Of a DNA stretch of 64,000 nt, positions 45,694-55,900 are shown piece by piece. The notes beneath the pieces are model-generated. The model ran no database searches. It worked only from the letters and a program-made list of their open reading frames with translations, and was not told where the DNA came from. The stretch spans positions 32,001 to 96,000 of the forward strand of contig JACQQD010000008.1 in NCBI GenBank assembly GCA_016207165.1, given 5' to 3'. The translations under genes were made by a program, and so were the position numbers. Every line of letters begins with the position of its first letter. Positions within the stretch are counted from its first letter, which is position 1. Source of the stretch: Candidatus Micrarchaeota archaeon. Its GTDB lineage: Archaea; Micrarchaeota; Micrarchaeia; Norongarragalinales; Norongarragalinaceae.

Positions 45694-46191
45694 TTAGTCC
45701 ACCAAGGTCAAGGTACGCGAGTACCCGAACTTTTTGGCGATGAAGTCGTACATCCAGGCCAACTCCTTGTGGCGTCCGGCCAGCATGAACATCAACAAGG
45801 CGCCGGGCGGAAACGTCTCCAACGTCAGCAACCCCAAGGCGAAAAACAAGATCGTCTGGATCTTGGACGTAATGCCCTGGCGCCACCACTCGACGTACTC
45901 CGCCAAATACTCCCAGCGCGTGAACTGCCGCAGGTTGGGCGGAAGAGTCCGCTCCACTTCCATGGGCATGTACGACACGTGCAAGTGCTCGCCGCCGCCA
46001 TGCGGCTGCCCGTCGCCGTGGCCCCCGCCGCTTTTTGGGGCGGGTTTGCCTTCGTTTTTGGCCTTGGCAGCCAAAAGCTCTTTCTCGGACTCCTCAAAGA
46101 TTTCTCCCACGTGGTGCGCGGGCGTGGCCGACTCCTCGATAGAGTGAAGCAGCGCGTCGCGCGGATCCCCGTGTCCATGGCTCACCTTCAT
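45694..46191 (-). CDS. His/Gly-rich membrane protein (paralog 2)
   Basis: 9 His in first ~71 aa; RWEYLAEYVEWWRQG + hydrophobic hairpin. Confidence 0.8.
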   Translation of the reverse strand: MKVSHGHGDPRDALLHSIEESATPAHHVGEIFEESEKELLAAKAKNEGKPAPKSGGGHGDGQPHGGGEHLHVSYMPMEVERTLPPNLRQFTRWEYLAEYVEWWRQGITSKIQTILFFALGLLTLETFPPGALLMFMLAGRHKELAWMYDFIAKKFGYSRTLTLVD

Positions 46192-46195
46192 TCAC

Positions 46196-46567
46196 CTACG
46201 TGCTTTCCAACAGGTACCGTTTCTTGTACAACTGGTTGATGTAGAAGTCCTTCTTGAGAAACTCGCCGTAACTCCAGGCCGCGCCCATGCCGGAAACCGC
46301 GGCCAACAGCGGGTTGGAGAACAAAAACAACACCGTGGCAATGCCTCCCGCTACGGACAGCGCCCGGTAGCCGTGGAATTCCCGCCAGTCCGTGATGCCT
46401 TTCGTCAAGAATTCCTGACGGCGCTGGACGTTGATGACGGGTTTGCCTTCTGTCGCCACCGGGGTGAACATGGTGGTCTGCTCAAACTCGGGATCGCTTG
46501 TTTTGCCGATAAACTTGGCTTTGTCGGCGGCCACGACCTGTTTGATGCTTTGGGCGTTGTGCGTCAT
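46196..46567 (-). CDS. Two-TM membrane protein (paralog 1)
   Basis: TTTATAAA box upstream; RQEFLTKGITDWREF + two TMs. Confidence 0.8.
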   Translation of the reverse strand: MTHNAQSIKQVVAADKAKFIGKTSDPEFEQTTMFTPVATEGKPVINVQRRQEFLTKGITDWREFHGYRALSVAGGIATVLFLFSNPLLAAVSGMGAAWSYGEFLKKDFYINQLYKKRYLLEST

Positions 46568-46922
46568 TTGAACCTGTACTACATACCTACTTCCTTATTT
46601 ATAAACTTACTGGTAGTAACAAAATAGGCTCTTTCTGTGGTGCCCTATATTAAATATAAGAAAAGGCTTCGTCTGTGGGTATCATTAGCTAATCCAATAC
46701 TGGTGCGGGTACCGGGGCGCCCCGGGGCTACTAAGATAGGGGTCCCTAGTCCCCTTCGACAAAAGACGTATGATTTTGGAAAGGTTTAAAAACCGACTAT
46801 CGATTACATATTCCGTCGGTTAACCCGGTTTCGGTGTATTGTTTGTTCCCGCTGTTTGGGGGAAGCCGTGTGGCTGAATAGTGTTGATGAATCGGACGAA
46901 CGATGTTCGTCGAGGTGGTTCC

Positions 46923-49835
46923 GTGAAGAGTTTGAACGTGAAGAAAATCGCAACGGCCGCTGCTGGCGCTGCTATGCTTGGCGCGGCCTTTGCGGGCGCG
47001 GTCCAAGTGGACCAAGCCGGTTTGGAGAGCTTTAACTTTTTCTCCAATGGCGCGCCCAATCTGCAGATCGTCGTCGGTTCCCAGGCTCAGGCTTCGGACG
47101 CCGTTGCGGCTGCAAATATTGCCGCGATGATCGGCAACTTGGCGTACACGTCCAAGGACATCACTGTGCTGGGCACGGATGCATTGTCCTGTAGCGGCGG
47201 TACGGGTACCTCCACGGCGTCCTCAGACGAGGTCTCCTTGGAAGTGACGACTCCGGGCGTTAACCCGTCTGTCGCGTACCAAATGAAGTCCTTCATTGAA
47301 GGTTTCCTGGACAGCAACTCGACGGACGACAAGGTGGACTCCTCAGTTGGTTCTGCGGCTACGATTTTGTCCGTGGATGCCAACGGTGTGTCCAGCTCTT
47401 TTGGCCGGAAGGTCACGCCGTCGGAGACTTCGTTGGCGTTCAAGGGCACCATTACGGACCCGCAACGCACGACGGTGACGTACACGGAGGAAGAGCGCTA
47501 CTACCTCTACTCCAAGACGCAGTACGACACGGCGACCAAGAAGGTTAAGTCCCGCAACCCGCAGATTGCCTACGAGGCCATCTTTACCAACCCCATCCAG
47601 GTGTGTACGGAAGTCACGCCGGATGACTCGACGTGTTCGGACACCTACAAGACGCCGTTGCACCGCATGAAGGTCCGCCTCCTGGGTTCGGAGTGGGTCA
47701 TCTTCGGCATGAACAACTTCAACAGCAACATTTCGTTGCCTACGGGTGGTTCAGCCGCGGCCTTGGAATTGGGCAAGGAAATCCAGTTCAAGGAATTCAT
47801 GCAGATTGGCGACGAAGTGTCCAACCCCGCTGGCATCAAGGCGGTCCTCAAGGACATTTCGGCTGTGCCCACGGGTACGGCCCAACTGTTGTCCGCGTCG
47901 TTCGAGATTTTTGACGCCAACGGCAACTTGTTGGACACGACGACCTTGCAGGAAAGCGGTGAATACAACAACCACGGTATCGTCATTCGCGTTACCAAGG
48001 TGTTCGCCGGTTTGGGTCAGACCAGCTACGCGCAGGTTTCGATCTTCTCGGACCGCTTGACGGTGCAAAACGGCGCCACGGTCAGTGCAGACAACCAGCA
48101 ATGGCGCGTCGCCCTGGTCGGCGGCGGTGCCTCGTATGGTCACTCGCTGTCCAAGGTCCAGCTGATCCGGCAAGTCGTTGACGACTTGGAGGCCGGCGGT
48201 TCCGTGACTTTCATCCAGTCCCCGAAGCTCATGAAGCTCTCGTACAATGGATTGGAGGACGTCACGTACGACACGCTGACTTTCCAGACGGGTTCCCAGT
48301 CGTTCCAGACGAGTTCGACGGACACGACGACAGTCAACCTGAACTACGTGCGCGTCACGTCGGGTTTGACGTCGCCGTTTGACTTCGGCACTGTAGCCAA
48401 GAGCCAGTTTTACTACATTGTCGACAGCGCTCCGGTCGGAACGTCGGCGCAGGGTGTGATCTTTTACCAGGACACGACCTCGTCCAGCGCGGGCTTCTTC
48501 GTGCCGTACTTCGGCACGGCGTCCACGTCGGCCGCGGCCACGGGTAACATCACCTACGCCGGAACCGTCACGACGCTGAACTTGGCTAGCTTGACGCGTT
48601 CTCAGATGCGCATCTGGAACGGTACGTCCGCCAGCGGCGACTACAACGCCCAGACCGGCGGTGCCTTGTGTGCGGCGTTTGGTGCCGTTACGAACCAGAC
48701 GCTGGACTTGAACACGTCCATCGGGTTGTCGGCATTGAACTTGAACGGCAACGCGACGGGTCTCACGTTCGGCCAAGGTGGCGGCAGCGGCACGGGTACG
48801 CCCTTGACTACGGGTTACACGCTGAACCAGGAGAACCAGAACATCACGGTCTCCGCGGCCAGCATCAACTCGGGTTGCACGGCGGGTAACGTGACCATCC
48901 AGTTCCTCAACACGAACGGCAGCATTTCGCCGGGCGTGGGAACCACGGGTGTCACCTACGGCGTCCGGAACAACTACGTCAAGTTCAACTACGGTGCCCA
49001 GTCCGTGAACATGCGCTTTGACGCGCGTGGTGTCAGCTTGGCGGCCATCAACAACGGTGACCCGACGGGCAACGCGACGATCTGGATTCCCGAGTACGCC
49101 AAGGACGACGACACGACGCCGGGCGCATTCTCCCTGGACGTCAGCAATGCCGATGTCAAGGGTACGCCTCGTCTGGCGCCCAACAGCGGCACGGCGACGG
49201 TGGGTTACTCCGGCGGTGCGGGTGGTGGCAACGTATACACCATCAACTCGGCGGCGGCCAACTCGACGTTCGAGACGGGTTTCGTCTCGCCCCGCGGCAG
49301 CAAGCTGGAAGGCATTTCCACCTCGACGGCGACGATCAAGTACGCCACGAGGCTGGCCAACGCCTTGTACACGCTGTCGACATCGGGTACGGACACGACG
49401 GCCAACACAGCCACGGCTGACTACAAGGTCGGCGCGGAAGCCCTGAACTCCAACGGCTACAAGGTCGTTGTGAAGGGTATCTCGGCGGCGGGTACGTCCA
49501 CGGGCGGATCTGTCAGCGGTGCCGATGGTTTGAAGCCCTCGCAAGAGTCGGCTTTCGTCGTGACGCCTCTGAACACGGCGAGCTCCCCGTTGGTGGTTCG
49601 CGACAGCCAAGCTGGCGCGCAACCGCTCATTGTGGTGGGTGGCCCGTTGGTCAACTCCGTTGCGTTGTCTGCCATGTCTGGTGGTCCGGCTCCGTCGGCT
49701 TCCGACGAGGCGGTGGTCAAGGTCCAGGGTGACAAGATCCTGGTCTACGGCTTCACGGCTTCGGACACGCAGGAAGCGGCTCGCAGCTTGATTGGCTGGC
49801 TGGCTGCCAATGCGGACTCCGTCACGGGTCGCTAG
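46923..49835 (+). CDS. S-layer protein (Methanococcales-type N/C domains)
   Basis: KKIATAAAGAAMLG leader, IVVGS.A.ASD.V.AA.IAA, C-terminal LIVVGGPLVN..ILV.G; GAGGTG SD; strong codon bias. Confidence 0.9.
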   Translation: MKSLNVKKIATAAAGAAMLGAAFAGAVQVDQAGLESFNFFSNGAPNLQIVVGSQAQASDAVAAANIAAMIGNLAYTSKDITVLGTDALSCSGGTGTSTASSDEVSLEVTTPGVNPSVAYQMKSFIEGFLDSNSTDDKVDSSVGSAATILSVDANGVSSSFGRKVTPSETSLAFKGTITDPQRTTVTYTEEERYYLYSKTQYDTATKKVKSRNPQIAYEAIFTNPIQVCTEVTPDDSTCSDTYKTPLHRMKVRLLGSEWVIFGMNNFNSNISLPTGGSAAALELGKEIQFKEFMQIGDEVSNPAGIKAVLKDISAVPTGTAQLLSASFEIFDANGNLLDTTTLQESGEYNNHGIVIRVTKVFAGLGQTSYAQVSIFSDRLTVQNGATVSADNQQWRVALVGGGASYGHSLSKVQLIRQVVDDLEAGGSVTFIQSPKLMKLSYNGLEDVTYDTLTFQTGSQSFQTSSTDTTTVNLNYVRVTSGLTSPFDFGTVAKSQFYYIVDSAPVGTSAQGVIFYQDTTSSSAGFFVPYFGTASTSAAATGNITYAGTVTTLNLASLTRSQMRIWNGTSASGDYNAQTGGALCAAFGAVTNQTLDLNTSIGLSALNLNGNATGLTFGQGGGSGTGTPLTTGYTLNQENQNITVSAASINSGCTAGNVTIQFLNTNGSISPGVGTTGVTYGVRNNYVKFNYGAQSVNMRFDARGVSLAAINNGDPTGNATIWIPEYAKDDDTTPGAFSLDVSNADVKGTPRLAPNSGTATVGYSGGAGGGNVYTINSAAANSTFETGFVSPRGSKLEGISTSTATIKYATRLANALYTLSTSGTDTTANTATADYKVGAEALNSNGYKVVVKGISAAGTSTGGSVSGADGLKPSQESAFVVTPLNTASSPLVVRDSQAGAQPLIVVGGPLVNSVALSAMSGGPAPSASDEAVVKVQGDKILVYGFTASDTQEAARSLIGWLAANADSVTGR

Positions 49836-49843
49836 TATCTTTG

Positions 49844-49877
49844 AAGGGGGGCGCAAGCCCCCTTTTTCCTCTTTTTT
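49844..49877 (+). terminator. Hairpin + T-tract terminator of S-layer gene
   Basis: GGGGGC-GCAA-GCCCCC-TTTTTCCTCTTTTTT. Confidence 0.78.
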
Positions 49878-49974
49878 CCCTTGTTTTTTCATATCGTTCG
49901 CATCTTTTCCAATACGTTTTTAACCTTGTTTCCATCTCTTTGTTTACTTTCAAGTTGTGAGGTTTGTTTGTCCC

Positions 49975-50586
49975 ATGGATTTCAGGATGACTTTTTTGGC
50001 GTTGGTTTTCGCTTCGTTGCTGGTGTTGGGGTGCGCGCAACCGGCACCCGCCGATTCGTCGGCCACGCCGGCACCGAGTTTGACTGCGTCCACTACGCCG
50101 GAGCCGTCTCCATCCGTTGCGCCCCCTAGTAGTTCTTCTGTTGCTCCTTCCGAAAAACCAAGCCCTTTGGCGCAAGCCAAGCCGTCGCTGTCGGAGTTCG
50201 CGTTCCAGGTGCATAAAGCCACCAGTGCCGCGTTTAACGACACGCGGGACATGCGGGAAGTTTCGGCTACCTTGTGGGTGCAGGATGACTTCACGTCGCA
50301 GTACCAGTATTCCGTGTCCGTGAAGCGTTCCGTGTCGCGGGGTTGGTCGGCTTTTGACACCGTTATCACGCTGAAAGGCGACGAGGATGGTTCTAGCAAG
50401 GAGGCGGCTGTCAAGGAGGAGCCGTCTGGCACGTTTTACCGCTACCAGGCCACCATCAAGTGTTTTGACGCGTCGTACGACGTTGACTTGGATTTGCGGG
50501 ATTACGTGCAGGACTTGTCCGGGTCGTTGCGCAAGAGCTTGGGTGCGGCCGTCATGGCCAAACTGGTTTCGGTGTGCCCGGATTAG
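49975..50586 (+). CDS. Putative lipoprotein
   Basis: Lipobox-like LVLGC then S/P/T linker. Confidence 0.68.
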   Translation: MDFRMTFLALVFASLLVLGCAQPAPADSSATPAPSLTASTTPEPSPSVAPPSSSSVAPSEKPSPLAQAKPSLSEFAFQVHKATSAAFNDTRDMREVSATLWVQDDFTSQYQYSVSVKRSVSRGWSAFDTVITLKGDEDGSSKEAAVKEEPSGTFYRYQATIKCFDASYDVDLDLRDYVQDLSGSLRKSLGAAVMAKLVSVCPD

Positions 50587-50671
50587 ACCCATTGCTTTTT
50601 TATAGACGGGGTGGCACTACGTGCTTCTCCGATTTTTTTTTACCCTATTCGGATGATTGGTTTTTCACCAT

Positions 50672-51394
50672 ATGGTCAAGCGCGAAACCCTGTTGAAGTA
50701 CGGCGCCTTAGCCTTGATTTTGTTCTTCGTGTTCGAGGCGTTTTTCCCGTTGTTGTTTACGGCGAACGCGTCGGCGACGCCGGTTCCGTCTGTTGACCCG
50801 TCGGCTTTGTCGTTTACGGCGTCGGTAACGGCCAACGTATTGGTGGTCGCGTTGACGGATTTGGCGTTGGGCGCGTGCGCGTCGTCGGATGTGGATTTGG
50901 AGTCCATTCGCGCGTTTCCGGAAGTGTCGCAAGCCTTTTTTGCTTCGGATTCCTTGTTGACGGTTCGCTTGAAGGCCAACGCGTCAACGGTTGCCTTGGA
51001 GGATTATGTGGCCAAAAATTGCTTGCTTCCGTTGTACCGGTCAGCCATCCTGGACGTGCCGGCTTTGACGTTGAACACGTCCAACCAGGGTGAACAGTTT
51101 TTGTCGCGGCGCCAGATGCAGGCGTTCGCACAAAGCCAGGGCTTATCTGGCTTGCAGGGATTTGTTTCCGCCAAGGCGGTGCCTGGGCAGACGGTGAACG
51201 CCACGGTGCAGGTGGCCGTGCAAAACAATGCGTTGGCGGCGGTAACCATCCAGCAGTTGGAGTCCGATGTGGCGGCATCCGGACCTGTGTTCGTAGACGA
51301 GAGAAGCGCCAACGCCACTGAATCGAGTAACGCTTCGGTTTCCAACGTCTCCACGGCGTCTCCCGCAGGGAACGCTTCTGAGTCTGTTGGGTAA
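50672..51394 (+). CDS. Membrane-anchored hypothetical protein
   Basis: N-terminal TM, N-x-S-rich tail. Confidence 0.68.
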   Translation: MVKRETLLKYGALALILFFVFEAFFPLLFTANASATPVPSVDPSALSFTASVTANVLVVALTDLALGACASSDVDLESIRAFPEVSQAFFASDSLLTVRLKANASTVALEDYVAKNCLLPLYRSAILDVPALTLNTSNQGEQFLSRRQMQAFAQSQGLSGLQGFVSAKAVPGQTVNATVQVAVQNNALAAVTIQQLESDVAASGPVFVDERSANATESSNASVSNVSTASPAGNASESVG

Positions 51395-51453
51395 CGCCTC
51401 GCTAAACGCGCATCCAATTTGAGTGCTTGACGAAAGAAGGTGAATGAGGTCTC

Positions 51454-52116
51454 ATGAAAGTTCAACAAAACGATTTGGTGGAATTGGAGTACTCGGCGAA
51501 AGCCGATGGACGCGTTTTTGACACGACGTTTTCTGACGAGGCCAAAAAAGCGGGTATTTTCAACGAGAAATCCAAGTATGGGCCGGTGCTGGTCGCTGTC
51601 GGCAAGAAGCAAGTCATTTCGGGCTTGGACGAAGCGCTTTTGGGTGTGGACGAGGGAAAGCCGGTTTCGGCGTCGTTTACCCCGGAAAAGGCGTTCGGCG
51701 AGCGGCGCGCCGACTTGGTGGGCCTCATTCCATTGCAGCGTTTCCGCGAGAACAACTTGGACCCCCAGCCCGGCCAAGTCGTGGAACTGGATGGCCGGCC
51801 GGCGAAGATTCAAAGCGTGTCCGGGGGCCGCGTGCGCGTGGACTTCAACTCGGATTTGGCGGGCAAAACCGTGGATTATTCCTTCAAAGTGTTGAAAGTC
51901 TTTCGTTCGCCGGAGGAAAAAGTCCAGGCGCTCTCTAAGTGGCTTGGGGATGCCGCGAAGGCGGAGTTCAAGGACGGCGTGGTTTCGGTTTCCCTTTCCC
52001 TAAAGAAGGACCAGGCCGCGGACGTCGTCATGAAAAAATTCCGTTTCCTGGAGGGCGTCTTCGCTGAAGTCGAAGGACTCGCGTCCGTTCGTTTTGAGGA
52101 GGAGTACGTCAAGTAG
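51454..52116 (+). CDS. slyD: FKBP-type peptidyl-prolyl isomerase (archaeal long-type SlyD)
   Basis: G.VFDTT, VISGLDEAL, PEKAFGER, GGRVRVDFN..LAGK. Confidence 0.93.
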   Translation: MKVQQNDLVELEYSAKADGRVFDTTFSDEAKKAGIFNEKSKYGPVLVAVGKKQVISGLDEALLGVDEGKPVSASFTPEKAFGERRADLVGLIPLQRFRENNLDPQPGQVVELDGRPAKIQSVSGGRVRVDFNSDLAGKTVDYSFKVLKVFRSPEEKVQALSKWLGDAAKAEFKDGVVSVSLSLKKDQAADVVMKKFRFLEGVFAEVEGLASVRFEEEYVK

Positions 52117-52130
52117 GCCTTCTTCGCCTT

Positions 52131-52224
52131 ACAGTAAACCACGAAAGTTTCCCGACAAAATAGTCGTGGTTTACTGTCTAGCAAACCCCGCCTATTCGTC
52201 GTGAAATTTGCGGGGTTTGCTATA
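52131..52224. repeat. Inverted tandem pair of family A palindromic units
   Basis: 14-bp perfect stem 52131-52177 and 13-bp perfect stem 52179-52222 with oppositely oriented conserved loops. Confidence 0.88.
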
Positions 52225-52587
52225 AAGCATTTGGACGTCTTTGAAACCCGTAAAGTGTGCGTCGCCCGTTAGCAGTTTGGATTGCGTGTATTTGGCCGTG
52301 GCGTAGATGATGGCGTCGGACGCATGCAGTTTTTTTCTGTGCTTGAGTTCTGCGGCATTCAACGCGATGTCGGACGTTACGTCGATGATTTGGCTGCGTC
52401 TTTTAATGAATTCAAGGCGGCTTTGGTATTCCAGGCCTTGCTTGAGGTATTTGGCCTTGAACTCCATGAGGCTTAATGCGGATGTGTAGACGAGCGGCTC
52501 CCGTTCTAGGATGCGTTTCACTTTTTTTCCCTGGTCCTCGCCGAGAAAATAGACCATCCACGCGTAGGTGTCAAACGTCAGGCTCAT
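52192..52587 (-). CDS. vapC: PIN-domain toxin VapC
   Basis: FDTYAW, S..E, L..SDAIIYATA, LLTGD.HF. Confidence 0.92.
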   Translation of the reverse strand: MSLTFDTYAWMVYFLGEDQGKKVKRILEREPLVYTSALSLMEFKAKYLKQGLEYQSRLEFIKRRSQIIDVTSDIALNAAELKHRKKLHASDAIIYATAKYTQSKLLTGDAHFTGFKDVQMLYSKPRKFHDE

Positions 52588-52774
52588 CATGATCACGAAT
52601 GTCGTCCAAGTTCATGCCTCGGTACTTTTTGTCAACGCCGAACATGTCCGTGTCGGTTTTTTCCAGAACCAAGTGTTCATAGAGGGCTTGGTTGATTTTT
52701 TCCGACAAATCCTTCTTGCCCTCGGTTTTGAGCAATCGGTACAATTCGTCCCTCAGCATGATGGTCGTCTTCAT
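52571..52774 (-). CDS. vapB: Antitoxin (VapB-like)
   Basis: MKTTIMLRDELY..L RHH-like start; overlaps vapC. Confidence 0.8.
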   Translation of the reverse strand: MKTTIMLRDELYRLLKTEGKKDLSEKINQALYEHLVLEKTDTDMFGVDKKYRGMNLDDIRDHDEPDV

Positions 52775-52781
52775 GCAATCA

Positions 52782-52797
52782 CCGTAATTAATTACGG
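52782..52797. promoter_or_regulatory. Perfect 16-bp palindrome, probable VapBC operator
   Basis: CCGTAATTAATTACGG 7 bp upstream of the vapB ATG. Confidence 0.65.
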
Positions 52798-52938
52798 CAT
52801 CCTCGTTATTAACCATATCTGCAACGCGTAGTCAATGCAACGATGCCGCTACTTAAAGCGACGGAGGCCTCCTGGCCGGTGAACGGTACGTTAGTCTGAC
52901 ACTTGTCTGGGTGATCGCGTCGGATGAAATTTGGCTTG

Positions 52939-55900
52939 TTAGGCTTGCACTTGTTGGGGTTGGATTTGAGGCGTGTCGGCGAATCCTTGGGGTCCGCCGA
53001 GTTGTTGTTGGTTGTAGTAGCCTTGCGCGAATCCGCAGCCGATTCCGCTGAGCGCGGCGTAGGGGCCCAAGTCCTTCATGAGGGTGGAAATCAAGAAGCT
53101 GTTGCCCAGCTCGATGGCGGCGTTCTTGGAAAACGGCGAGCAGTCCGGTGACAATCCCAGGTGGATGATTTTGGTGAACTGGCGTCCGTTGGGAAACATT
53201 TCGATGCAGGCCGGTTTTTGTTGGCAGAACGCTTTGCATCCCTTAAGTTCGCCTTTGAGTTCGTCCAGTTTGTCGTTGGCTTCCGTCCATTGGTCGTTCA
53301 AATCACCAATCGGTGAACTATCTTGAGCCCCAGTTGTCTGTGGGAGTTTTTCCTTGAGCGCGTCGGCTTCTTTTTGCGCTTCCTGGATTTGTTTGCTGAT
53401 TTTGTCGTAATCCGAATAGCACGTGAATTGCGAGAATTGGGGTCTTAGTCCTGGCGGGATTTCGAACAAGGGGTACTGCATGGCGTTGCACTTCTGTTTG
53501 GTGGCTTTGAGTTGGGATTCCAGGTTCTTCAAGTCGGCCCGCGCCTTTTCCGTGGCTTTTTTGGCGTTGGTACATGCTGCTGCGGTTGGGTCCGATCCGC
53601 ATGCCGTTGTTTGAGTAGCCTCTAATTTTGGGATTTCGACGGTTTTCTTTTGCTTGATTTGAGTGTCCAAGTCGATGACTTTTTTTCCGAGGGACTCGCA
53701 TTGGGCTTTGAAGATGGGTGCTTGGATGAATAACGCGAACTGGATTTGGGGTTGGGTGTGTTGGTCGTTGGCTTGGTTCTGGCTGGGAAGCACGGGGTTG
53801 GTGGTGGCGACGATCACGGGTCCTTGCGCGTGTAGGAAGCCGCAGAGCGGAATCTGGTTTTGCGGTTGGTCCAAGTTGTCGTGAAGTTCCAGGGTGCTTG
53901 CCGTGTACTGGAAGTTTTGTCCGTCCGACGTGGTGGCCTGTACCAGGAACACGGCTGGGTCGCCAGCTCGGCAGCCCGTCGAGCGCTTGACTTCAAAGCC
54001 GGCGGCCTCCAATGCTTTGTCGGCGTCTTCGGTCAGCTGCATGACGGTGGAGAACGTGAATGGGTCTGCGGCAATGCGGCGCTCTTCCGCGAAATTCAGT
54101 TGGCTGGCGGGCGCGGTCTGGGCGGAGGAAACCGTGAGGGTGACTTCGGCGTAGCGGTTGGCGGTGGTGGCTTCATGGTGGACGCTTTGCACGTTGATGA
54201 CCAAGCCGCTGGTTGTTTTTTGTTCTCCGGCGAACGCTTCCACGGCGTCCACCACGGCGCCTTGCGCGTTTTTCACGTCGAAAAAAGCCTTGGTTCGTCC
54301 GCTAACTGTCTCGATTGCCGTCAATTGGATCTTGAATCCGTTGGCCGCGGTTTTTTCGTCGTTGATGTGCATGGCGTCGGCGCTTGGGGACGCGGTTGGG
54401 TTAGGGGAGGCCGATGCCGTGGGGCTTGGGCTGGCACTGGGTGTGGTGGACGCGCCGGGGCTTGGACTTGCCGAGGCGGTGGGGGACGCTGTAGGCGTGG
54501 GGTTGGGCGTTGTCGTGGGCATGGCGTTTGAACCGCGGCGGAATACGGTGGCTTGAGCGGTTTTTTGGGCTTCTTGTTTGAAGGCGGAAATGGCTTGGAT
54601 GGCGGCGGTGCCAGTGCACCAGCCTTGGGCGCAGGACATGTAGTCGGATGCGCTTGAAACGCGGCTTCCAAGCGTGCCAATGCCTTCAAAGTAGGCGGGC
54701 CCGTTTTCGTACGTCCACTCGCCTACAACGGTTTCTCCCTCCAACAGCGTCAAGGTTCCCGGTCCTTTCCAGGACAACGCGGTGGCGGCGTGGTCCGACA
54801 GGGTAATGGTGCCGGAAGCGCCAAGCGGCGTGAGGGTGCGGAGGCCTTGCTGTTTTTGGTTGACGACGTACAGCAATTTCGCGGTGCCTTCGCCTTCATC
54901 GAGTTTTTGGGGAGCGGCCGTCAAGGAATTGACTTGGGCGACGTGGATGCGGATGGGCACTTCTTTTTGGGCTTGGACTCCGGAGCAGAGCGCTTGCAAA
55001 ACGAGTTTGGCTTGCGGGTCTTGTTGGAGTTTGACTTGGTTTCCTTCGACAAAGGAGGGACATGACGCGGAAAAATCCTTGGTTGAAAACGTCAGGCTTT
55101 CCCGGCTGACTTGGTAGCAGGACGATTGGCTGGACTGGATTTTAAATCCGATGGTGCACGACGCGTCGTTGAAGTTCAGGGGCACGGCGTCCTTGGGGTA
55201 GATGGCGTCGACTTCCAGGACGATTTCCGGTGCGTCCACCTCGATTTGTCCGGTGGCTGGATTGAAGGAAATGCCGACTTTCGGCGTGTATTGGTGGCCG
55301 GATGGCAACGGGTTTGGCGTGCCGGGCGGTGGCGTGGGCGTTGGAGTTCCGGTTCCTCCGTTGCCTCCTCCGTTTCCACCGCCTATGCTTCCAGCGACCA
55401 GCGGCAACTTGATTTCATAGGTTTTTGGGTAGCACGTCTGGCCGGCGGGGTCAAGCGGATCGCGGGCGTAAACGCTGCCCGCGTTGGTGTGCGTCGCGTA
55501 GTACAAGGACAGCGCTTGGTTGGTGGACGCGCCTTCGCGTACGCGGACGACAAACGAGACTAGCCGTACGGCGGGCTCGTCGTAGTCCAAGGCCACCCAC
55601 TTGTAGCCTTGCAGGCCGGAAGTGAATTCGGGTTGCAGGTCTGCGCACGAGGTGGAGGGGTTGTACTCCGTGCTTTTTTGGGCGGCGTCGGCGGTGGAAT
55701 GCTCGATGATGGCGACATCGTCGCCGTCCACCGATGACTTGGATCCGACGCGCAAGTAGATGCCTTGCGCTTCGGCTTGGGCGGCGGGGGTCGCGTTGAA
55801 TTCCACGACGTACTCGCGGCCGGGTTGTAGGCTCTGTACGGGTTGGCCGGAGACGTCTTTGATTTGGATGAACTCGATTTTCGCTCCGCCGGACGCTTGG

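Noticed and set aside
46620-46800. Possible ncRNA between the membrane operon and the S-layer gene
   Set aside because: Only short hairpins; adequately explained by divergent promoters and a long 5' UTR.
47751-49892. 713-aa antisense ORF over the S-layer gene (likewise 55843-57714, 6669-8330, 15259-16968, 59458-60783)
   Set aside because: Shadow ORFs caused by high GC and codon bias; the overlapping frames encode recognisable proteins.
54380-54520. Tandem-like repeats
   Set aside because: Simply encode the S/P/T/A linker of the giant protein.
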